From: Verrucomicrobiota bacterium
GTDB lineage: Bacteria > Verrucomicrobiota > Verrucomicrobiia > Limisphaerales > UBA8199
Assembly: GCA_037130375.1 (NCBI GenBank)
Contig: JBAXTC010000003.1
Coordinates: forward strand, 1-42,443
DNA: 42,443 nt
Reading direction: 5' to 3'
The position numbers and the translations under genes are program-made. Below the pieces are notes generated by a model. It did no database searches. It saw nothing but the letters and a program-made list of their open reading frames with translations, and was not told the origin of the DNA. Below are positions 30,009 through 38,680 of the stretch, in pieces. Position 1 is the stretch's first letter; the number at the start of each line of letters is the position of its first letter.

Positions 30009-31103
30009 CTAGGCCTTGGTTATCTCCATTTTTTCAATCATTCTGCGCAGCTTCTTCAATGCGATGTTTTGAATCTGGCGCACCCGCTCGCGGGTCACCC
30101 CAAACTTATCACCCACCTCTTCCAGCGTCTTTTCGGGGCCCCCGTCGAGGCCAAATCGGGCGCGCAGAATCGTGCCCTCCCGGTTGTCGAGCGTCTTGAC
30201 CATTTCGTGCAACATCTGCGTCACCGTCTTCTCCTCGAGCTGCTCATACGGAGTGTTCGCGTTCTCGTCCTCGACAACTTCGGCAAAACTGTTGGAATCT
30301 TCATCGCCAATCGGCGCATCGAGCGAAGCCGGCCGAACCGCCGCCATGCGCATCTGGGTGACACGGGCTGGGCTGATGCCCATCTCTTCCGCGAGCTCCT
30401 CGTCCGTTGGTTCACGGCCAATCTCCTCCTGCAGTCGCATCGCCGTCCGTCGCATCTTGGAAATCTTATCTACCAAATGCACGGGCAGCCGGATGGTCTT
30501 GGATTGATTGGCGAGCGCCCGCTTGATGGATTGCTTTATCCACCACGAGCCGTAAGTCGAAAGCTTGCCTCCCTTGGCGGGATCGAAACGCTCAACGGCC
30601 TTCATCAAACCGATGTTCCCCTCGCTGATGAGATCGAGCAACGGAAGACCGATGCCTTCGTAATCGCGGGCGATTTTCACGACCAGACGCAAATTCGCCT
30701 TGATCATTAGCTCGCGGGCTTTCCTATCCCCCTTCTTGATCCGCGCCGCCAACTCAATTTCCTCCTGCGGTGTCAGAAGTTTGACCTGGCCGATCTCGCG
30801 CAAGTATAGCTTGATCGCCGTGTCACCGTCATAGCTCGTCCGCTCTCGCTCGGGCGGTGCAAGCGGTTCTTCGGTCGCTGGAACAGCGGTCGTTGCTTCC
30901 AATTCCGCTGGCTTCAAAACCTCTTCTTTCTCTGCCGCTTCGGCCTTCGGCTCCCGATCGTCCTCGGAAACCTCACGCTTTCCACCCCGGGTGCGCGCCG
31001 CCGGCAACTTCGACGGTGCGTGTGCCTTGTGCGCCCGCAGCTTGCGCGCTCGATCCGGTTTCCTTCCCCGGTCTGCCTCGTGGCTTTTATTGTGAGCAAC
31101 CAT
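30009..31103 (-). CDS. RpoD/SigA-family sigma factor
   Basis: YLREIG, ANLRLVVKIA, EGNIGLMKAVERFD, TIRLPVH, VTRERVRQI. Confidence 0.93.
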   Translation of the reverse strand: MVAHNKSHEADRGRKPDRARKLRAHKAHAPSKLPAARTRGGKREVSEDDREPKAEAAEKEEVLKPAELEATTAVPATEEPLAPPERERTSYDGDTAIKLYLREIGQVKLLTPQEEIELAARIKKGDRKARELMIKANLRLVVKIARDYEGIGLPLLDLISEGNIGLMKAVERFDPAKGGKLSTYGSWWIKQSIKRALANQSKTIRLPVHLVDKISKMRRTAMRLQEEIGREPTDEELAEEMGISPARVTQMRMAAVRPASLDAPIGDEDSNSFAEVVEDENANTPYEQLEEKTVTQMLHEMVKTLDNREGTILRARFGLDGGPEKTLEEVGDKFGVTRERVRQIQNIALKKLRRMIEKMEITKA

Positions 31104-31154
31104 AATGAAGCCTTGAGAATCTAGGTTCCGGCCAATGGTTGGCAATCAAATAAA

Positions 31155-32291
31155 TCACCTTACTTCAAGAGTTTTGTCAAACCGCGTCAGGTTTCGGGGA
31201 CGACTGCTCGTCACCAGCGCCACATCCTCAAGGCGAACACCCCCAAGCTCCGGGTAATATAACCCGGGCTCGACCGTCACCACCTGGCCGGCCTTCAATA
31301 CCCCAGCAGAATTCGGCCCCAAACGTGGCGTTTCGTGGATTTCCAGCCCAAGCCCATGACCCGTCCCGTGGAAAAAACCTTGCATCCGACCGTGGTGCTT
31401 CCCGGTTTTGTAACCTTCCCGCTCGAAGAATTCCTGGACTGTCCGATGCACCTCAGCGGTCTCCACCCCGGGTCGCACTTGGTTAAACGCCAGCTTCTGG
31501 CCCTCCAGAACAGTATGATACAACTTCCGAATCGCTTCGCTGGCGTGTCCGCGAACTACCGTGCGCGTGATGTCGCCAAAATAACCCGTCGATTGCGACC
31601 GGGGAAAGATATCCAAAATGATGGGTTCGTTGGCGCGTAATGGCCCGTAGCCAGGCTCGTGCGGATCGCAACCCTGTTTGCCGCCCGCGACAATGGTGTG
31701 GCTGGCAAGCCCATTTGCCTGGATAATCGCCGTGTCGATCACCGCACGGAGTTTTTCCGACGTCAACGGCGCATCGCGGTACATCAACCGCCCGCCCTGC
31801 CCAACCTTTGCGACGTGAAGAACCTGGATGGCCTCGGCCATGCCCACCTCCGCCATCAAAAGCGCCGCGCTGATCTTCTTCACCTCGATGGCGGTTTTTT
31901 GCTCGCGCTGCGGGAAAAAATTGCCCGTCCGGGGTCGAACCGTGATGCGGCGCTTCTGCAAACTTGCCGCCAGGCCGCACGGAAAACTGTGCGGCACCAC
32001 CACGCTCCGAATGCGCCTCTCCCTCAAAATCTCGATGAGGACTTCGACAATGCCCGGACGCTTGATTCCCTCGCCACGAAGCTTGTTTTGATAGAGGCTG
32101 AGCGACAGCACGCAACAATGGCGCGCCTGCCGGCGCGCGCGGTCGATCTCCAAGTCGCTCACCACAATGTAATTTCGCCCGCGATTGCGCAGGTAGATGA
32201 ATGGGTCCGGCACAAACATCCCGACGGCGTAAAGCATGTCCGCATCACGCTCGCTGTCGGCCACGATCAACAGATTCTCAGATTTTGTCAT
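31155..32291 (-). CDS. Xaa-Pro aminopeptidase (M24B)
   Basis: LDIFP, GDITRT, HGTGHGLGLEIHE, TVEPGLY, GVRLED. Confidence 0.9.
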   Translation of the reverse strand: MTKSENLLIVADSERDADMLYAVGMFVPDPFIYLRNRGRNYIVVSDLEIDRARRQARHCCVLSLSLYQNKLRGEGIKRPGIVEVLIEILRERRIRSVVVPHSFPCGLAASLQKRRITVRPRTGNFFPQREQKTAIEVKKISAALLMAEVGMAEAIQVLHVAKVGQGGRLMYRDAPLTSEKLRAVIDTAIIQANGLASHTIVAGGKQGCDPHEPGYGPLRANEPIILDIFPRSQSTGYFGDITRTVVRGHASEAIRKLYHTVLEGQKLAFNQVRPGVETAEVHRTVQEFFEREGYKTGKHHGRMQGFFHGTGHGLGLEIHETPRLGPNSAGVLKAGQVVTVEPGLYYPELGGVRLEDVALVTSSRPRNLTRFDKTLEVR

Positions 32292-32292
32292 T

Positions 32293-32916
32293 TCAAACAC
32301 CGAATAAACGGTCGCCGGCATCACCCAAACCAGGGAGGATGTAACCCTTCTCATTGAGTTTCCGATCCACCGCCGCCGTGAAAATCGGCAAATTCGGATA
32401 GTGCGACCGCACGCGGCGAATGCCCTCGGGCGCAGCGACCAGGTTCACCATCCGCACCCGCTTTGCCCCCAGCTCCGTCAGCAAGTCCATGGCCGCCACC
32501 GCGCTGCCACCAGTAGCCAGCATCGGATCAATCAGAATCACCTCGAATTGGCTCAAATCCGGCGGCAAACTCTTGTGATAAGAAGTGGCCCGCAATGTCG
32601 TTTCCTCACGTTTCAACCCGATGAAACCGACCCGGGCATGAGGAATCAGTTGCAGGATGGAATCAAGCATGCCCAATCCGGCCCGCAACACCGGAACCAG
32701 CACCACCTCGCGCTGCAGTCGAACGCCCCGCGTGGCCGCCAAGGGAGTCGTCACGCCAACCGGCGACACCGCAAACGAGCGCGTCGCCTCGTATAACATC
32801 AGCGCGGCCACCTCGCTCAATACCCGGCGAAATTCCTGCGGACCGGTGCGCTTATCCCGCAGCCGCGTCAGATTATGCCGCACCAGCGGGTGCGTTATGA
32901 CAGTCACCAGTTTCAC
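32293..32916 (-). CDS. upp: Uracil phosphoribosyltransferase
   Basis: VPVLRAGLGM, DPMLATGGS, PGLGDAGDRLFG. Confidence 0.96.
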   Translation of the reverse strand: MKLVTVITHPLVRHNLTRLRDKRTGPQEFRRVLSEVAALMLYEATRSFAVSPVGVTTPLAATRGVRLQREVVLVPVLRAGLGMLDSILQLIPHARVGFIGLKREETTLRATSYHKSLPPDLSQFEVILIDPMLATGGSAVAAMDLLTELGAKRVRMVNLVAAPEGIRRVRSHYPNLPIFTAAVDRKLNEKGYILPGLGDAGDRLFGV

Positions 32917-32918
32917 AG

Positions 32919-34091
32919 CTAATGCAGAAATGTGGGCGAGAGGAAGTATAGCCGGCCCGCCTGTAGCTTGGGCCCTTCCAGACCCAAATCCACTTTGACA
33001 ACCTTGCTCTCGGTCTGCCCGAACAGCCGAAAGAGATCGGACAAATCAAACCGCTGCTGGTACTCGACCAGATTGGCTTTGCCAACTCCGGCGATGCTCT
33101 TTGCCCGCTTTACTGCGTCATCAAACGTCCCAAGCTCATCCACGAAACCCAGCTTATACGCCTCCGTCCCCGAAAGAATCCGGCCGTCGGCGTATTCCGC
33201 CCAGTCCGGGTTCAGCGCGCGCCCGCTCTCCTGATTCTTCTCATGGGCACGGCCCCGGCCTTTTGCCACGACGTTCGTGAATTTCCCGTAAGTCTCGTTA
33301 ATCAACCCCTGAACCATGTCCCGTTCTTCCGACGTTATGCTGTCGGGCTCCCTCGAACCGCTGAGCATGTCCTTATACTTCCCGCTCTTAAACGTCTCCG
33401 GCCGCACCCCAACCTTGTCCATCAAACCGCGATAATTCCATGTGCTCATAATGACGCCGATGCTGCCGGTGATTGTCATGTCATTGGCCACAATCCAGCG
33501 GCACGGCGCCGATACATAGTAACCGCCCGAAGCCGCCAGACTGCCCATCGTGCATACCACCGGCGTGCCGTGCCGTTTCTCTTGGAAATCCGCAATCGCA
33601 CGGCTGATGTCGTCCGAAGCCAGCACCTCGCCCCCAGGAGAATCCACTTTCAAAATCACCGCTCTGACTTTGCTGTCCTCCTCGGCCCGCTTCAACTGCG
33701 CTTTGACCACATCAACCATATTGTAGCCGCTCTGGTCAATGGATCGGCTGGTGATAATCCCATCAATATTCAGAATGAGGATTTTGCTCGCCGCATCGTT
33801 GTCCTCCGTCACGACTTCTTCCAGCCGCGGGCCGGCGGCGCGCGCGCTGACGCCTTTCATGGACGTGAAGTTCCCCAGGAAATGTCCCATGTTGAACAGC
33901 AAACTGATCCCCAGCAACACCAGCAGCAGCACCGCGAAAATCATCCAGCCTCGACGACGCCGGGGCGGCGGCGGCGAAGGCGGTACCATGATCGGCGGCG
34001 GCCGCAACGGCGGTGGCGGCGGCGGCGCAGCCAGTTGCGGCGGCGGGTCGGGCGGCAGCGTGAAAGATGTCGGCGGTGCGGTTTCGTCCAT
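32919..34091 (-). CDS. sppA: Signal peptide peptidase SppA (S49) with Pro-rich N-terminus
   Basis: VDSPGG, AASGGYY, TGSIGV, GKYKD, DGRILSG. Confidence 0.92.
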   Translation of the reverse strand: MDETAPPTSFTLPPDPPPQLAAPPPPPPLRPPPIMVPPSPPPPRRRRGWMIFAVLLLVLLGISLLFNMGHFLGNFTSMKGVSARAAGPRLEEVVTEDNDAASKILILNIDGIITSRSIDQSGYNMVDVVKAQLKRAEEDSKVRAVILKVDSPGGEVLASDDISRAIADFQEKRHGTPVVCTMGSLAASGGYYVSAPCRWIVANDMTITGSIGVIMSTWNYRGLMDKVGVRPETFKSGKYKDMLSGSREPDSITSEERDMVQGLINETYGKFTNVVAKGRGRAHEKNQESGRALNPDWAEYADGRILSGTEAYKLGFVDELGTFDDAVKRAKSIAGVGKANLVEYQQRFDLSDLFRLFGQTESKVVKVDLGLEGPKLQAGRLYFLSPTFLH

Positions 34092-34251
34092 ATCAAACGC
34101 AAACTAGCCTAACCCGCAGGACTGGGCAAGCGGTTTGCACGATACTGTTCCCCTGGGCTGGACGATCGTTTTGTCTTGGTTCTATAAACATGCCCCACAC
34201 TGCTTCCCAGAATTGCTCGCCGCTACCGGTCTCATCCGCTACTCTGCGGCG

Positions 34252-34665
34252 ATGAACGCGTTCCCCGTCGGCCCCGACAAAGAGGCCCAACTCGCCCAAC
34301 GCATGGCCGCACTGGGCGTCCGCGATGCCGACATCGAAGAAACCTTTGTCCGCTCTGGCGGACACGGCGGCCAGAACGTTAACAAGACCGCCACCTGCGT
34401 CATGCTGCTCCATCGCCCGACCGGCCTGCAGGTCAAATGCCAGGCCACCCGCCAGCAGGGTCTCAACCGCTTCCTGGCCCGCCGATTGTTGCTCGATAAA
34501 ATTGAAATGCAGCAAAAGGGCTTCGTCGCCGCCAAGCGCGCCGAGACTGAGAAAATCCGACGCCAGAAACGCCGCCGCAGCCGCCGCGCCAAAGCCCGAA
34601 TGCTCGCCGATAAATCCCATCACGCCGCAAAAAAAACCGCTCGCCGCCCGGTCGCAGGCGATTAA
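34252..34665 (+). CDS. Peptide chain release factor-like protein (ArfB/YaeJ-like ribosome rescue)
   Basis: [17 protein letters not shown] motif and a highly basic C-terminal tail. Confidence 0.85.
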   Translation: MNAFPVGPDKEAQLAQRMAALGVRDADIEETFVRSGGHGGQNVNKTATCVMLLHRPTGLQVKCQATRQQGLNRFLARRLLLDKIEMQQKGFVAAKRAETEKIRRQKRRRSRRAKARMLADKSHHAAKKTARRPVAGD

Positions 34666-34672
34666 GCCGCTT

Positions 34673-34956
34673 ATGCATCTCTAAACCCGCAGACGACCAC
34701 CAGACAACGCCCCTAGCCCCGTCAGGGGCGGCATGTCTATAGCGCAGGCGCAAGGTGGATGTTCAAGCCCCGTCGGGGCGGCATGGTCACCTGCCGGGGT
34801 TTGGTCCGATGATATGCCACCCCTGACGATCGTTTTGTCTTGGTTCTATAAACATACCGTCCCTGTCGGGACTCATGCACCTCTAAACTCGCAGACGCCC
34901 ACCAGACAACGCCCCTAGCCCCGTCAGGGGCGGCATGTCTATAGCGCAGGCGCAAG
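34673..34956. repeat. REP-like cluster: 82-bp direct repeat (34673-34754, 34875-34956) with nested palindromes; a 31-bp piece is also at 34161-34191
   Basis: 79/82 identity; core agccccgtcaggggcggcatgtctatag with an inverted copy ctataaacataccgtccctgtcgggact; 34825-34855 identical to 34161-34191. Confidence 0.88.
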
Positions 34957-35087
34957 TGTTTGTCCCCCTTCGCGGCAGTCAATTCCACACTTGAGAATGC
35001 CTCCCAGATAGTGGTGCAATTCCTTCCGTAGCGCGGTGTCGCGCAGCGAGGGACGGCGGTCTCTGGGCTGAGAGTCCGCGACTGATT

Positions 35088-35144
35088 CACGCTTGCCCGA
35101 TAGTTCGCATCCAGTTTTAACCAGAAAGCGGCCGGGGTGCCGAG
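35088..35144 (-). pseudogene. HigA-like antitoxin C-terminal fragment
   Basis: Manual translation LGTPAAFWLKLDANYR matches the HigA G...FWL.LQ..Y pattern. Confidence 0.55.
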
Positions 35145-35293
35145 TCAGGGACAAACACCGCCACGGACGGGCGCACTTCCAGCAGCACCAAGTCGGTCGT
35201 GTGCGTTTCGATGCCGAGGCGGAAATACGCCTCCAACAAGCCGGCCTTGTGGAGGTCGATCAGAATGTTCGCATCCTGAATCGCGAGAATCAT
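35117..35293 (-). pseudogene. Truncated PIN-domain protein (58 aa)
   Basis: MILAIQDANILIDLHKAGLLEAYFRL...TTDLVLLEV; ATGA overlap with the ImmA/IrrE gene; ends early. Confidence 0.72.
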
Positions 35294-35922
35294 GGAACGA
35301 GCTGGAGGGATTCCCGGAAAGCCGCCAGCGGTTTGCCGGCAAGGCTCGCGGCTTTCGAGAGACTGACCAGCTCGCTGGACGCCGCCCGATACAACAGTTG
35401 TTCAAACCGGTTGGATTGTTCCTGGCCGGCGAACTCCACTGGCTCGAGGTTGCGCCACCCCTTGGTGTTCAACGCGACGTTGAAACGGATGTAATAATTC
35501 TCGGTGATGAGCCCCAAATTCCGCGCTCGCGCCATGATGGCAGCGATAGAGATGCCAAAATCGCGCTTCACCTCGAACAGTTCGTTCCATATCACAGCAT
35601 CGCGCTTGCCGCCGAACTCCGCCAGAAATACTTCCTTGGGCATCAGCGCTGCGCCGGCAAAGCAATGGCACAGACGTTCAATCTCCTTCGGGGTGAAACG
35701 ATCCTTGGCAAACTCCAGGATCAAGTGGGCCAACTCGTGCAGGGCGGTGAGTCGTTTCCGATCGGCGGGGAAACGGCGGTTCACCACCACCACGGGAATC
35801 TTCCCCGCCCAGCCCGACAAGCCGTCGAACTTGTCCGGCGCTTCGAGATCGTAAACTTTTACCTGATGCTCTTCGAGCAACTCCAGGACATTAGGCAGGG
35901 CGCTGACGCCCAAAAGCCATTC
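35290..35922 (-). pseudogene. ImmA/IrrE-family metallopeptidase lacking its N-terminal HTH
   Basis: FDGLSGW, RKRLTALHELAH (HExxH), CHCFAGAALMP; begins abruptly near WLLGVSALPN. Confidence 0.78.
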
Positions 35923-36289
35923 CGCTGGCCAGGATCACTGGGATGCCGGGCGCCAGCTTGCGCAGCGCCTCCAGGGTTTCCCAGCCCCCCATGCGCGGCA
36001 TGGTCAAATCGCACAGCACAAGACGAATCTCCTTCGGTTGCGGCCGGAACACTTCCACCGCCTCCAGACCATCCCGCGCGGTAAGGATTGTAAACCCTTC
36101 GCGCCTGAGCGCGCTGGCGACCGTGTTGCACACCATCGGATCATCATCCACCACCAGCACCGTGCCGCTGCGCGCCTTTTTCGGAAGCTGCGCCACTGGG
36201 ATCGGCTTCGGGAGCACGGCTTTTGCCGACATCGGCAAAAAGACCCGGAAAACGCTTCCCGCTCCGGGCTTGCTTTCGACAGTGACGGC
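35920..36289 (-). pseudogene. Hybrid histidine-kinase tail fragment (end of HATPase plus truncated receiver)
   Basis: AVTVESKPGAGSVFRVFLP...VLVVDDD...LCDLTMP...VILASG then fused to the ImmA fragment; receiver lacks the K-P loop. Confidence 0.75.
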
Positions 36290-38238
36290 TAGAACAAATG
36301 GTTTGATGCCGGCGAGTCTTTCGGATGCAGCACGCGCTGCAACGCCTCCAACAGGGTGGCGGCGCCGAATGGTTTGGACAGGTGGGTCTCCTCCGGCAAC
36401 CCCAAGTCGGCAGGCCACAGCGCTTTAGATTGATGCCCGGTGGTCGTGATGATGCGGACCTGCGGGTGCAATTGCCGCAACGCCCGGATGAGCGCCACGC
36501 CGTCCATAATCGGCATCGCGAGGTCCGTCACCACCACTTGGACATCTGAAGGGTGAGACACAAACTGAGTCAAGCCCTCGGCTCCATTTGCCGCATCGAG
36601 GGTGCGATAGCCATTGCGCTCCAGTATTTTGCGCGTCACTTGCCGCATGGTTGCCTCGTCGTCCACCACCAGCACCAGTTCCCCGCGGCCCTGCGGGAGA
36701 GGCTGGTTCGCCTGTTTGGCGGATGCGGCTTCCGCGGCGTTGTTTGCAGGCAGGAAGATCTGGAAATGCGTGCCGCGCCCAAGTTCGCTCTGGACGTTGA
36801 TGAAGCCGCCGTGACTCTTGACAATGCCCATCACCGTGGACAAGCCCAGCCCCGTTCCCTTGCCTATTTCCTTGGTGGTGAAATACGGATCGTAGATCTT
36901 ATCCAGGTATTCTGGCGCGATGCCCTGGCCGGTGTCCGCGACGCTCAAGCACACGTAGCGCCCCGGCCGGGCACCGGGTGTGAGCCCGGCGAACAACTCG
37001 TCCAGTTCCCGATTCTCCAATTTGATCGTGAGGGTGCCGCCTTCGGACATGGCGTCGCGGGCGTTGATGCACAGGTTCAGAAGGATCTGGTGCAGTTGGG
37101 TGGAGTCACCGATTGCGAGCCAGGGATCCCGAGGTAATTCTTGTTTGGCTTGGATGTTCTTGGGGAAAGTTTCGGCGATGATGGCAGCCATGTCCAGGAC
37201 CAGGACTCGGAGCTGCACCGGGACGCGCTGGGCGTCTGTGCCGCGAGCGAAGATGAGGAGTTGTCTGATGATGTCGGCGCCGCGCTGGGCGTTGGTTTCG
37301 ACCATGTCCACCAGCTTTAGGGCGTCGGGATCCTGAATCAGCTCGTGGAGCACTGACGGCGCCATGAGCATCGGCGCGAGGATGTTGTTGAGGTCATGGG
37401 CGATGCCGCTGGCCAGCCGGCCCACGCTGTCCAGCCGCTGCGAGCGGAGCAGCAGGCTTTCGGTTTTCTTCTTCTCGGTGATGTCGCGGAAGATGCCTAC
37501 CATCAACTTGCGGCCCTGCACCTCGCGCATGTTGGCCATGATTTCGGCCGTCCGAACCTCGCCGGCCTTGGTGAGGATGGGCACTTCGAGGACCTGCCCG
37601 GCCTTCTCGTGGTGGTGCTGCTCGAAGCTGTGCGTCACTTCCCCGACCGCCTCGCTCGGCGGATGCAGGAGGCGTTGGGACTGGCCGACCAGTTCATGCT
37701 TTTCCCGGCCCACCAGCTTCGAGAGGGCTGGATTGATGTCGAGGATTATCCCGGTCTGCGCATCGGCCAGGCAAACCCCGTCCAAGGACTCATCGAAAAG
37801 CCGGCGGTAGCGTTCCTCGCTGTGCCTCAACTCCTCCTCCATCCGCTTGCGCTCACGCCGCTCGGCCGCATCCCGCAAACCGCGCTCGATCGCGGGCACC
37901 AGGCGGGTCAGACGGTCCTTGAGCACGAAATCCCAGACCCCCAGCTTGAGCAGTTCGACCGCCTTTTCCTCGCCGACACTGCCGGAAACCAGGATCAACG
38001 GCAGGTCAGGATGTCCCGTTTTAAAGAAGCCCAGCGTGTGCTGGAAATCCAGCTTCGGCACGTTGTAGTCGGACAGCACGGTATCCCAGCCGCCCTGCGC
38101 AACCGCCGCTTCCAACTCCTCGATACTCGCCACGCAATGGCACCGCGCCGCCAGGCCGTGCTTCTCCAAGTGGCGCACGATGAGCTGGAAATCGGCCGGC
38201 TTGTCTTCGATGATCAGAACCTTGAGTTGAGTGCTCAT
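36289..38238 (-). CDS. Hybrid sensor kinase REC-PAS-HisKA-HATPase-REC
   Basis: VLIIED/LSDY receiver, PAS, GIAHDLNN, NLCINARDA, GKGTGLGL, C-terminal receiver. Confidence 0.93.
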   Translation of the reverse strand: MSTQLKVLIIEDKPADFQLIVRHLEKHGLAARCHCVASIEELEAAVAQGGWDTVLSDYNVPKLDFQHTLGFFKTGHPDLPLILVSGSVGEEKAVELLKLGVWDFVLKDRLTRLVPAIERGLRDAAERRERKRMEEELRHSEERYRRLFDESLDGVCLADAQTGIILDINPALSKLVGREKHELVGQSQRLLHPPSEAVGEVTHSFEQHHHEKAGQVLEVPILTKAGEVRTAEIMANMREVQGRKLMVGIFRDITEKKKTESLLLRSQRLDSVGRLASGIAHDLNNILAPMLMAPSVLHELIQDPDALKLVDMVETNAQRGADIIRQLLIFARGTDAQRVPVQLRVLVLDMAAIIAETFPKNIQAKQELPRDPWLAIGDSTQLHQILLNLCINARDAMSEGGTLTIKLENRELDELFAGLTPGARPGRYVCLSVADTGQGIAPEYLDKIYDPYFTTKEIGKGTGLGLSTVMGIVKSHGGFINVQSELGRGTHFQIFLPANNAAEAASAKQANQPLPQGRGELVLVVDDEATMRQVTRKILERNGYRTLDAANGAEGLTQFVSHPSDVQVVVTDLAMPIMDGVALIRALRQLHPQVRIITTTGHQSKALWPADLGLPEETHLSKPFGAATLLEALQRVLHPKDSPASNHLF

Positions 38239-38242
38239 ATAC

Positions 38243-38680
38243 TTATCCTTGCGGCGATTCGTTCGTGGCCAGCCAATAAATACCCAGCCGTGCCACCGTC
38301 TCCGCTAATTCGGCGAAATCCAGCGGCTTGCGCACAAAGCTGTTGGCCCCGTTCTCATAGCTGCGCAACCGGTCCTGTTCTTCATCGGAAGAAGTGAGGA
38401 TGACGATGGGCAGCAGGCGCGTGCGCGGGTCAGCGCGCAGACGCTCCAGCACCTCCAGGCCGCTGACCCGTGGCAGGTTGACGTCGAGCAACACCACCGT
38501 GGGCAAATCCGTCCCGGCGCGTCCGGCGAATTCGCCTTCCCGGAACACGTAATCGAGGGCTTGCTGGCCGTCGCGCACCACATCCAACCCGTTGCCCAGG
38601 TTGATCTTGTTGAGCGTGCGCAGGATCAGCAGTTCATCCTGTTGCGTGTCCTCCACCAGAAGGATGGTCTTTTTTTTCAT
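38243..38680 (-). CDS. Single-domain response regulator (Rcp-like)
   Basis: ILLVED, LLDVNLP, LTSS, GANSFVRKP. Confidence 0.93.
   Translation of the reverse strand: MKKKTILLVEDTQQDELLILRTLNKINLGNGLDVVRDGQQALDYVFREGEFAGRAGTDLPTVVLLDVNLPRVSGLEVLERLRADPRTRLLPIVILTSSDEEQDRLRSYENGANSFVRKPLDFAELAETVARLGIYWLATNESPQG

Noticed and set aside
33956-34060. GGC-rich low-complexity tract
   Set aside because: Simply encodes the poly-proline N-terminus of SppA
34673-34956. Possible CRISPR array
   Set aside because: Only two long copies, no unique equal-length spacers and no cas genes; REP-like instead
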